A stretch of 63,944 nucleotides of DNA, counting the filler, from Intoshia linei (taxonomy: Eukaryota; Animalia; Orthonectida), in the NCBI GenBank assembly GCA_001642005.1. It is 8 parts of 8 records of this genome, joined end to end, with 100 filler letters (N's around TTAATTAATTAA, not from the genome) between each part and the next. Parts side by side here need not be neighbours in the genome. Positions count along the whole stretch, not along the records: positions 12,683 to 25,108 come from LWCA01001080.1; positions 25,209 to 29,052 come from LWCA01002053.1; 6 more parts are not named here. One strand, given 5' to 3'. The notes under the pieces are model-generated. The model was not told where the DNA came from, ran no database searches, and saw nothing but the letters and a program-made list of their open reading frames with translations. Position 1 is the stretch's first letter. Each line of letters starts with the position of its first letter. The translations under genes were made by a program, and so were the position numbers. Shown here in pieces: positions 14,104 through 25,539 of this stretch.

Positions 14104-17100
14104 ATGACAGCGTGCAACATGGTTATTTGCACTATTTTACTATTTTGTCAACATTGGCGTAGTTATGGTGCATTCCGTTTGAGAATGTATTTTAAAATAT
14201 AGTATATTTTATTTATTTATGTCATAATATCTTAATAGAGCCTTATTATTAATTGTTCTATAATAATTTTGTAATATGCTGAACATATATGAATCAAACT
14301 AACAAACCACGTAAAAAAAACATGGTAGCATATAATTTAAATTTATGGTTTTTTTAAATTATGACAGAGAATGGCTCAAATACAATAAATATATAAATGA
14401 AATGATTAAAATGATGAAAAACAATTATAATACATATGTGCGTAATAATAATTTCTTATCCTTAACTATTTAGATAGTAATATTAATAAAATAACTTGTG
14501 TTATTGTGTAATTAATTTTGATTTTATTTTAGTTTGTAAATTATTTAAATACATTAATAAATAATATTACCAAATTGTATTACCAATATGATTCACCGAT
14601 TTGATAAAATTTGTACATTTATATTAATTTAATAATGATTATAATAAATATAGATTGTAAAATTATTTTAATATCATTAAAAAATTATCACGTGTGCCAT
14701 AGAAAGGAACGTGATGATTTTTATATTTTATAACGTGAAATGTTTCAGAGTATTAATTTAAATGGACCATAACTTTGAAAATGATGTGAAACCTATTTCA
14801 AATAAACAAATATACCTGTTTTATAATAATTAATTAGCGGCAAAATTTTGGGGTCGTTTATTTTTCATATTACCGCAGAAATTTTGCTTCCATTTTGATT
14901 CCTTACTCATTTCAATCATTTAATCATTAATTAAATTACAGTTAATGCATTGATATTATTACTTTATTGGATTTATATGGTTTTATATACAGGTCGCCAA
15001 AATAATTTTTTTGTTAACTTAAAATAATTTGCCAATCTACTTAATTTTTACTTTTGTTAATAAATGAATATGAAAATAATTGATATCTTTTTATAGCAAG
15101 TAATACCAATTTGATTGAAATTATATTCCCATATATTATTAAATAATTTAAAATTACATTAACTTAACAATTTTATTTCTATATTTCAGTTTGTAATTAA
15201 AATATATCATTCACAAAAATTGATTGCAATTAGCATTTCAGAAAATTATATATACATTTATTTTGAATTTAGATGGTAATATCTATTAATTTTTAAAATA
15301 CAATTATAGTCAGACCTATGTATCATTAAAATTAACCTTAAAGTTATTGAGGTGGTCATTGTATCGCAAATGGGAATCATGGTAGAGCTAAACCCCACCA
15401 GGGACCTACAGATAATCTATGGAAGTTTTATTATAGATTTTTCGATTTCAACATATTGATAACTTTTATGCGAATCGGAATTTTTTTGCTTGTTTTTGGG
15501 TCGGTTTTACACGGTTATATTTTATTAATGACTTCATCAAACATTTCAACTGAAATGTGAAAGAAATGACTTATATTGAAAAATATTTCATTAATGAGAT
15601 ATAAAAATAATATTAAACTTATTAGAAAAAATGAGTATTTTTATGTTTTTATAAATGATCGATTAAGTTGAATTTTTTTACTAACATTGGAAATAAGTAA
15701 AAAGAAAATATTAGATCTACTAATAAATTATGTCACTTTTAAATCCAATTTTAGTGAAGACTCCATATAATCACACTTTATATAAGAACATATATAGCAG
15801 ATGGGTCAAAGGATGGTCCGCGGGCCGCATGCGGCCCGTTACATCAAATTGAGGGGTCCGCGAAATTTTTTAGTAATATATTTTGAAAAACATTGATTTA
15901 CAGAAATATCATAATTACCACATTACCAAGCATTAATTTAAATTTTTTAAAAATAATTCTGTATTTGTGCAGTAATTATTCTCAACTTCTTACTTTTTGT
16001 ACATCACCATAATAATTCTAACTTTTTGAACCTTTTGTACCATTATCCTATACTTATATAAAGTTGAGATTAAAAGTTTAGGAACTTATTTTAAAGTTTA
16101 AGAATTTTAAGGTTGTCTTTAAGTTTGGTTCAAAAAAATTTCCTTAAAACCCTCTCCAAATTTAATTAAAAAAATGTCTAAAGAAACCCATAAAGTTGAT
16201 TCAAAAAAATTTTCTAAAACCCAAAAATAAAATGTAAATGAAAATTTTACACATTCTATACGAAATATACATAATATTCAATAATATACATAATAATGTA
16301 TATATAACGTAGAAGGTATATAATTTAATGTTAAATGTATGAATAATAAAAAATTTTTGACGGGTTCGACGCGTATGAATTGAAATATTTTATGTATGGT
16401 ATATATAAATATAATATTATATAATAATATATTTTATTTTAACGAAGATTGTAAAATTCTATTAATAATATTAATATACTTTTAATTTTAACGTTATAAA
16501 TAATATATTTATTATGAAACATTTAGTAAAAGGTTTTTTTACATAAAAAATAAAATGGAATGATAATATTTTATACATTAATTATAAGGCAAGGTTTTTC
16601 ACAATCCCACAACACTTTATTGGAATGATCGCCGTATGAAATACTGCTGATTAAAATGTGAAGTAAATTGAATTAGTGGATTCGAAATTACATTAATTTT
16701 TTTTACTGTTTCAGTTATATTTAAATATCATGGACACTACCAACTAAAAAATACCAGTCTTACAAAAATCAATCAGCCATTTTGCACTCAAAATTTTAAG
16801 AGCGATTTTGGAGAAATCTAGAAAGTTTATAAAGTGATACGAATGTATTAATTTTATTTATATTTTTCACAACTTTATTTTTTATTTTTTCGCGACTTGT
16901 GAATTATTAATTGTAAATTGTATCTTGAAAAACTTTGTTGTATATTGAAATATATAAAAATTTAATAAATTTAATTATAATTCAACTATAGCTGGTAATA
17001 TTACAGATGAGTAATTATATTAATTACAACATTAAGGAGGTAAAATACATTGTAGTATTATTAGAGTATTGTAATATTATGAATACCATAAATAAAGTGG

Positions 17101-20100
17101 TTTCTGTGAAATGTGTGTTATATGAATGTCTCACGAATAATATTTCATGTACTTTCCGCTTTGTTCAGTAATTTTCCTTTTTCATATACATATTGCACAA
17201 AATATTGCATTATGAATATCAATTGTAATAACTGGTTCTATGGAATTATTATGGAACAGAAATTACTTATTAATATTATAATTATTATTAATTATTATTA
17301 TTAATATGATCAATTGAAATATTATTAAATAAAACAGTTATAATTAAAAAATGATAATTTTATATTTTTACGTAAATAGTCATAAATTTAAAAGCATATT
17401 AAAAAGATAGTAAATAATTTAAATTGAAAGCAAATTATACTATAAAATGAAATTAAATAAAAAAATTAAATATTATTGACAGCAAGTAATCATAATTTGA
17501 TAAAATAGTTGTTTTTTAGTACATTAGCTGTCACTCCATTAGTTGGTTAATATTTAATTTACTGGATATATTGATACTTTTCTTATTTATTTATCAAAGT
17601 AAATTTTCCCTAAATCGTAAAATATTACATTAGCGTTAATTTTAAATATTAAGTTAAGTTGTATATTTGAATTGTTTTTAATTCGGATTCCCCTACCAGT
17701 AGCAGCGATCTACACATGTAAACACATGAAATCTCATACAGTTTTAACGAAATTTCATTTTATCATTTTTATAATAGCAAGTTATGTACGAACAAACCAA
17801 AGGATGTTTTAGTTGATTTGATAAAATTTGATGCCTTATTACATTATTTTTGAAATATATATGGATTTATTAATTTACTAATTGAGGATGGCATATATTA
17901 TACAATATACGTGTAGTAAATACAATTTAATAGATGGTAAATATTAAAAAAATATATTCATAATTTTAATTTAATAGCCCGTAAAATACATATATTTTAT
18001 TTTATAAATATAATCAATAAAAAATATATTAAAATTTTAGTTTGTAATTGATTTGAATTAAATTTTTATACAGTCTCACCTCCGTTTGAGCACCTTTTTT
18101 GCAAAGTGCCTCAAAATTACAGGTTTTATTATTTAGTAAATTGTCTAATTTTTGATTAACATGTAAATACATGCATTAATATTAAATAATTATATATGTA
18201 ATGATATGTATAATGTTATATACTATTTGTTGGTATTACAGTCGAACCCGATATAGGCTGGTATTTTCAGATAAATGCATAAATAAAATTTTTAATAAAA
18301 AAAATTCTGACAAATAATTAAATTAATCCTGAAATTAAATATATTAATATTATTGTAATTACAATTATGTATACTTAATTTTTTGACATAATTAAATAAA
18401 TTAAATTATTTTCTAATCTAGAAGATATATAACCAAAGGTAGTTACAATAGCGATACATTAAGCGGTCCACTTTTCGAAAAAAATTGTTGCTACTGTATG
18501 TAGAAATCAAGGACGTCAGAGGAGGCCAGCGAGGCCGAGCCTCCACTGAGTAAATTGATATTGAAAATGCAAACTTTTCTTAAAAAACAATTACATTTTT
18601 TACTTTAACATTTTAAAAATTACAATTATTATGAATTTAATTCAATACTAAGTTTAGCATTTTAAATAAATTATATTTTTTTTATTTTTAATAATAATAA
18701 TAATATTTATGTATTTTTAATAATAATAAGTTTTTTTTTGGATGGTTTTTTCTTTCTCTTGTCTTATTTACATTTCTATAATTTTTATGTAATTTTTTTG
18801 ATAATAATCCAACAACAGTGACATAGTATGCTTGAAATAATAAATAAATATAGCTTAAATTATTATTATATTATATTAAATTGATTTAATTAGATTTACA
18901 AAATGTTTAACCAAACAGTCGATAATTTCATATATATTGTTATTTTTGTTATAAATACTATAAAATCAACATAATACAGAAAAACTCCTCAAAATGCGAG
19001 TATACACTATAGCGAGGTTTGCCCGAACGGGGTCGAACTGTGAAATGAAAATATAATAAAAAATTTAAAAACCAAGCTGGTAATATTAAATTAGAAATAA
19101 TCTCAAATATACAATGCATTTTATAAAAATTTACATTTATATACCCATCAATATACTACATATAAATATACTTGTATAATGTATAATAATATTTTTATTA
19201 ATTTTAGCACGTAAATATTATTAAATGAATACTACATGTACTATGCAGTGGCAGGTCTAAAATTTTCAGCCAGGGGGGGGGGAGAAATAATTATTAGGGG
19301 ACTAAACTCATATTATGTATTTAAGTTTCAATTTTTATATTATGTTTATTAATATATGTCTATATATAATAATTTATATTTTTTTTCTAGTTTTCATTAT
19401 ACTACCTTTTCAACAACTGCATCAAAATCACAATTTTCGGCAAGTTCTTTTTCTGTTATCAACAACGTTAAGTAGGATAATTTAACTTAAACTGCTGTTA
19501 AACTCCGATAACAAATTAATATACATAAAACGTTAAAGAATCATAGTTCAATAAAAGTAATATAGTTTAATTTAATGGGCCTAGAAAATTTTTTTAATTT
19601 TACACAATGGTAATATACAAATAAAAATATTTTAGAGACACATTTGTCACACCAAGGGCCCCGCCCCCTTGCACCACCTAGATCCGCTACTGGTACTTAA
19701 TATGTATGTATTATTAGTATTTATTGATATGTTTAAAATCATTTTTTATACCTGTTAGTTTATCTGTTTTAGTGAGTATTGAAATACATTTATTTATATT
19801 TTATTTATTATTACTATATATAAGTAATACATTTTTATAATATAAATTTTAATAATTTTTAAATTTATTAGATTGTAAATACATTTTTTAATTATATAAA
19901 TGTTAATCTGAAATTCAGATCGTAAATTTTTTAATTGAAATGAATTGTATTATTATCTTTAGACATTTAATTTTATGAGAAAATTATTTAGAATTATGAT
20001 CATTTATTAGACAAAATGACATGGTTTAAATGATTGTGTATTTTAATTAGAATGTAAATTATAACTCAAAAATATTAAATGTATAATGTACATTATTTAT

Positions 20101-23100
20101 ACATTATTCAAAAGTCTATACATTTACGATAGTGCGTAAACCAAAAATTATTAAATTCATCATGAAAAATACTGTATTTGATTAAAATTTTATTATAGAC
20201 GGTATAAACAAATCTAGTTTCTTTATAAATCAAATACATGTAGTATACATTTTATAATTACTAAAATTTTACAGCTTGTATTTAAATTTCATTTCATTTT
20301 TTTAATTTCATGGAAATTATTTTAATTATATAAATTAGATAGTAAATACAAACATGAAATAATATTACATGTATATAATATATATACTATTATACTAATT
20401 ACAGGATGTAATTGAATACATTAAATAACTATACAAAAATTTAAATATACTTTAATAAAATTTCATCAAAATAGTACGTATTGTTCAAGATTATATTTTT
20501 TATTTTTTATAACTTTTCTAATATATATTTTAAAAATAATAGAAGGTATATCATCAATACATTGCGATGCCGTGTCAAGATGGAACTGTCTAGATTATTT
20601 TAATTATCAAATTAAAGCGTGAATTGCCTTATTAATCATTGCATTTTATTGTATATGTATATGAAGGTGTGGGTCATTAAAGTTGGGTATTTAAGTCAAT
20701 TAATGAAAATGTAACATTTAACGATATTCAGACGAGTTCCGATGCAATAAGACAATTGATGTACGTTAATGTAATTAAATTTAAAATTATTCCATTTAGC
20801 GAGTAATATTTATTATTTTAATTATCAAATTAAAGCGTGAATTGCCTTATTAATCATTGCATTGTATTGTATATGTATATGAAGGTGTGGGTCATTAAAG
20901 TTGGGTATTTAAGTCAATTAATGAAAATGTAACATTTAACGATATTCAGACGAGTTCCGATGCAATAAGACAATTGATGTACGTTAATGTAATTAAATTT
21001 AAAATTATTCCATTTAGCGAGTAATATTTATTATTTTAATGTTACCATTCGTGCATTTACAATTACATTTTAACGATTAAAAATATTGATTTATTTATTT
21101 CATTTAGCTGGTAATTTGAATATTGTATTAAACTGATTTATAATAATGGTTCTAAAATAATATTATTTATTTCTATTTATTATCTATTTATTATAAATAA
21201 TTGATAATTCATCAGCTCGTATGTTCCATTGTTTCAATAATATTAAATATATTTTAATTACATTCAATCCCAGGACTGATCTCACAAATATTACAAATTA
21301 TATAAAACTTATTATTAGAGTTTATTAGTATTTTGTCAAGGTTTAATTTTTAGTATTTTTTTGAGTATTTTAAAAAAAATTTATATGGTTTTTTGGGGTA
21401 TTTTTCTTATTTGGTATTGTGACGTCATTTATGGGAATGACTAGTTTAAATATAAATTAAATATGTTTATAGATAAAAGTAATTTAATTAACAATTTGTA
21501 AACTCTTATTGTATGTGTACATTAATTTACATTAATTAATAATAAATAAAATTAAAAATAATTACGAACCCATGAAATTTTTTAATGTACCTTTTAAAAT
21601 GTAATTTTTATGAAAAGAGAATAAAATGCCAAACAGGTTTATAAATATGATGAAAACGTTAGAATCAGAGAAGGTTATGTACATAATATATATTCTGATA
21701 TATATTATTATAATAATATGTATTTTCTAAAATAATAAAAATGACAATAAAAAAAGCAAAAATTTTCAAATTAAATTTTATAATTTGACGAATAATATAA
21801 TAATATTTTTTGTACGTTTCCATGATAACTTGTTTAATTTTTATTCAAAAAAACGGTAAATTGAACACTAATACTGGTACAGCCTGCAGCATCAGGTATG
21901 AAGATAATTACATATAGTATGTTAATTTTAACGTTTATACATATAGAACGTAAACTTTTATATTAATACTTTTTGTATTAAAATTAGTGTTATACATTAT
22001 ATATTAATGTCAATTCCTAATGTGGTTAACATGTAGCAATTTATATTTAAAAATAACTAATCCAAAATAAAATTTAAAATTACAAATTTATTGATTTTGA
22101 GAATAGATGGTATAAAACTTTTATATTTTATTATTTGTATTTAAATTTATAAATATAGCTGGTTCGTGATTTAAATATTTAAGTCAAATTTACTTTAAAA
22201 CTTAATTTGTATAATAATATAAAAATTAGAATGTATGCATTTTATTTTAACCAATTTAAAATATATTATTGTATTTTTAATATATATATTTTCAACAATA
22301 CCATAAACATGTAGTAGGTAATAATTATACATCACCTACTTATATTATTATATTGCATTTATAATTGAAATTGAAATATAAAATTTAGTTCGTAATCAAT
22401 TTAAAATATATGATTTAACACTTTTCAAAAGGAACTTAATGTAAACATGGGGCCTTTGGTTTCGATTACGGAACATGGGATCCAAATTGAACGATTTAGT
22501 TAATTTTATAAAAATATAGTTGGTATATTATATTCACATGTACATATGTATATGTTTATGTCAATATATAACCATATTAATGTATCGTGTACGATATCCT
22601 ACTAAATATGTAAATTTATAGCCGGTAAATGTTTATCAATATATCATTTTCAATATTTTAATAATATTAATATTAATTAAATTATTGTATCGGTTAACCC
22701 ATTTTAATTATTAAAATATAAAATGTTATGTTATATATTTTATATTACTTTTTAAAATGATTAGCTTGTAAAATAAAAAATATTAAATATAATTGTAATT
22801 GTATCCTTAAATCGTAAAATTATTAAATATCTAAAATAAAACAGATTGTAATACCCATATAAATACATACATTGATGAAAAATCACTTATAAACTCAATT
22901 ATAATAGTGAGTAAATTTTAAAACTTTATTATTTTAACATGTAAATAAAATAATATAATATTATAAAAAAATTTAAAAATAATGTGATTGAAATCAGATT
23001 ATTATCATTATAAAATTATTACTTAATTTTTTTAGTTGGTAATTTTTTAATATAAATAAATATAAACTATCATAGTGATTAATATGGTTAAAAAATCTTC

Positions 23101-24337
23101 CCACTTTTATTATACTTGCTGTATCTTAATTAATACATTCAAATATAGCATGTAAAAAAAATTTAATTTTTTTTAATTATTTTGTTTATAATGTTTTTCA
23201 TGTTTCAGTGAGTAAAGTTAACTGAAATCTATATTCACATTTTAAATAAATTTTCATTGAAAATCTAATTTTACCTATCTAGATGGTGATATATTGTTAT
23301 ATAAATTATATACAAATTTATATGTACGTGAAATGTATACATTCCACGGGAAAGTCGTAGAATGTGTAAAATTTTCATTTATATTTTAATTTTAGTTTGA
23401 TTTTGCGTTTTTTAGAAATTTTTTTTTGAACCAAACTTTCAACAGGGGTTTCTAAAAAATTTTTATTTAAATCAAACTTTAAGGTGGTTTTTAGGAATTT
23501 TTTTAGAACCAACTTTCAATATGGGTTTTTAACAAAATTTTTTTTAAACCAAACTTTAAGAGGGGTTATAGGAATTTTTTTTTGAACCATACTTTCAAGG
23601 AGGTTTTTAAGATTTTTTTTGAACCAACTTTCAACAGGGGTTTCTAAGTAATTTTTTTTGAATCAAACTTGAAACAACCACCTTGAAAGTATGGTTCAAA
23701 AAAAATTTCTAAAACCAAAATTAAAATATATAAATGAAAATTTTACAAATTCTACGACTTTCCTATAGAATGTGTACATTTCAGTTTTACACATTTTATA
23801 CGACATATCTATATGGTTGTTGAAGGTTGATCAAAATGTATTATTTTCATAAGATTTAGTAAATATAAAATATCATTTTCTTCATAATTTTTAATTGTTC
23901 AATATTGTTCAAATCCATGCAAATTATAAACTGACGGTAATATATACAATGTATATTATACATGTATGTTTATTATTAATACTTGTGGTAACATTTAAAA
24001 TTTGGTAGCATATCTATACTTTCCAACTACATACATTTATTTAGTAGAAAACTCCGATGGTGTTAATATTTAATTTTTAAATGTAGAAAGTAATTTTATA
24101 ATTTTAAATATATTGATTCATATTGCATGATATCATTATAATAAACCTTTTACTTTGTTTTTTTAGGATATATTACAATCATATATTTAATTGCCGATTA
24201 GCTAGTAAAATTCACAAGTTTTTATTAAATTTTTTTATTATTATTCTAATTGTTTCTAATTTATTATAGTTCCAAGACGTAACATATTGAAACTTATTAT
24301 TTAGAAATATAATTTATTAAATATATAATTGTAGTAC
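14104..24337 (+). CDS. Putative micro-exon gene: two ordinary exons (14104-14186, 14368-14441), then about 50 three-nt exons plus a 6-nt (21473-21478) and a 9-nt (24270-24278) exon, all phase 1; probably secreted; 3' end not found
   Basis: AG|NNN|GT units (mostly TAG/CAG acceptors, GTA-type donors) at exon starts 14474,14533,14654,15097,15190,15273,16313,16992,17037,17483,17543,17778,17934,17978,18041,19077,19208,19773,19872,19919,20051,20133,20199,20275,20339,20405,20475,20543,20800,21018,21108,21216,21947,22107,22159,22230,22315,22389,22520,22622,22765,22845,22908,23036,23149,23209,23283,24087,24202,24335. Joined: MTACNMVICTILLFCQHWRSYGAFRLRIEWLKYNKYINEMIKMMKNNYNTYV-HIYSIYEAGAIANALSALNYQLHAYRLQATTAHKKHAELVLAAYLIALNETIPRL... 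Confidence 0.75.
19246..19692. mobile_element. hAT-type MITE inside the micro-exon gene
   Basis: TIRs cagtggcaggtcta / tagatccgctactg; partial flanking direct repeat gtact. Confidence 0.6.
20594..21040 (+). repeat. 218-bp tandem duplication containing the CGA micro-exon
   Basis: Two nearly identical copies with period 218 (CGA at 20800 and 21018); at least one substitution (gcatttta / gcattgta). Confidence 0.9.
23328..23783. mobile_element. Foldback/MITE element with long TIRs and an internal ~40-bp minisatellite
   Basis: About 75-bp inverted arms (tgaaatgtatacattcc...tagaatgtgtacatttca) around repeats of ttttttgaaccaaactttcaa-ggggttt. Fragments also at about 13840-13915 and 16060-16265. 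Confidence 0.7.
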
Positions 24338-24440
24338 GTAATCTTTTTATTTATAGCGTATTCATTATACAAAATGTTTAATTATGACAATGACCTTAAC
24401 ATGTTTGTATCCTGTTTTAAATGTGGAAATGTCTAAATTA

Positions 24441-25108
24441 CACAGTACAACATTTTTCGAAAAATTTCAAAATAGATTTTTCTAACCTATATCGTTTTGT
24501 AGCTGGTATTCTTGTGATTCGAATAGTGTGGGTCACTTTATCAAGTCAGATCGACGTTTCGAGATATAATAGGAATAAAATACCATAATTACAAGAAAGT
24601 TATATTGATTGTGATCTAAAACCCACTATTCGACCTATAAAAAAGTTATGGATTCAACCAAAAATTTGGCTTGTGGCAATATACGTATGTATCTACCATA
24701 GAGAGAAAAAAATTAACAAAATTTAAAGTATTTTAGAATTTAGCCTGTGGCATTCCTCTTATATCTTTAGAAAAATTAGCATTTTTGAATAAATTTCTAC
24801 TTTCATGAGTGATATACATCCAAGAGTCTACTTTTTATTCTAACTTTACGACATACTTAAATGACCTCCATGCATTTAATTCATCAGGACATAGACTGTT
24901 TTCAAATGTTTTAGACATAAAAAGTTGTTTGATTTCTGGTCCATTTAATACTCCTGCCAACAATTTCATTTTCGATAAATGTGGCAGAGCACTTGTTAAA
25001 GTAATACGTGGTTGAGAAGGGTCGAGAGATCTCTTTCTTAAACATTTTAAAAACTGAGCATAATCCGATTTTTAAGTGTAATGGAGGTAACAATATCCTA
25101 TCAAATTT
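24441..25108 (-). mobile_element. Degenerate DNA-transposon transposase remnant, probably CMC/Chapaev3-like
   Basis: LPPLHLKIGL motif followed by a frameshifted MKLLAGVLNGPEIKQLL...NAWRSFKYVV segment; CAC-type terminus at 24441. Superfamily assignment is from recall. Confidence 0.55.
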
Positions 25109-25208
25109 NNNNNNNNNNNNNNNNNNNNNNNNNNNNNNNNNNNNNNNNNNNNTTAATTAATTAANNNNNNNNNNNNNNNNNNNNNNNNNNNNNNNNNNNN
25201 NNNNNNNN

Positions 25209-25498
25209 ATAATTTTTTTAAATTTAAATTTATGATAATGTTTATGATTTTAAAATCCGTATAAGCGTGTATATTTTTTTTAAATTAGATTTTAAAAAAG
25301 AAGGACAATTAGGGTTTTTTACCCGTAAGATATGAGTTTGGGAGGTTGAAATTATGTTTGCGAACACCCCCGGAAAAACTGTATTTGAAATGTGGACTTT
25401 ATAAAATTCTAAGACGAGTAATTATTTAAATAAAGTGGAACACACACACACACAAACAAAAATCGCGTAGCATATTTAAATTAAATATAAGTTAAGAT
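25209..25498 (-). mobile_element. Helitron-like family A 5'-end fragment
   Basis: Matches the cacacaaacaaa...gcgtagcat...aagat end of family A. Confidence 0.7.
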
Positions 25499-25539
25499 AT
25501 GTATCACAAATAAATATTTTATTTATCAAAATTTGCACA

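Noticed and set aside
18421-18450. miR-9-like seed (ctttggttat) on the minus strand
   Set aside because: Match does not extend beyond about 10 nt and no precursor hairpin is evident. No tRNA, rRNA or miRNA could be supported in this window.
15314-21920. Weak micro-exon candidates: ACCTAT 15314, ATT 16448, AAA 16822, ATA 17407, CATCAG 21890, TAT 21918
   Set aside because: Weak acceptor or donor context, or implausibly short flanking introns (22-26 nt). ACCTAT and TAT would create stops, as would ATT 16448 followed by AAA 16822. ATT, ATA and CATCAG are frame-compatible and may be real. All left out of the core model.
14474-24337. CRISPR-like or satellite interpretation of the recurring short motifs
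   Set aside because: No constant repeat beyond splice signals, spacers are unrelated AT-rich DNA of variable length, the context is eukaryotic and there are no cas genes.
23361-24505. AG-AAT-GT at 23361 and about 23769, and AG-CTG-GT at 24503, as micro-exons
   Set aside because: They lie inside transposon termini, so chance matches are likely.
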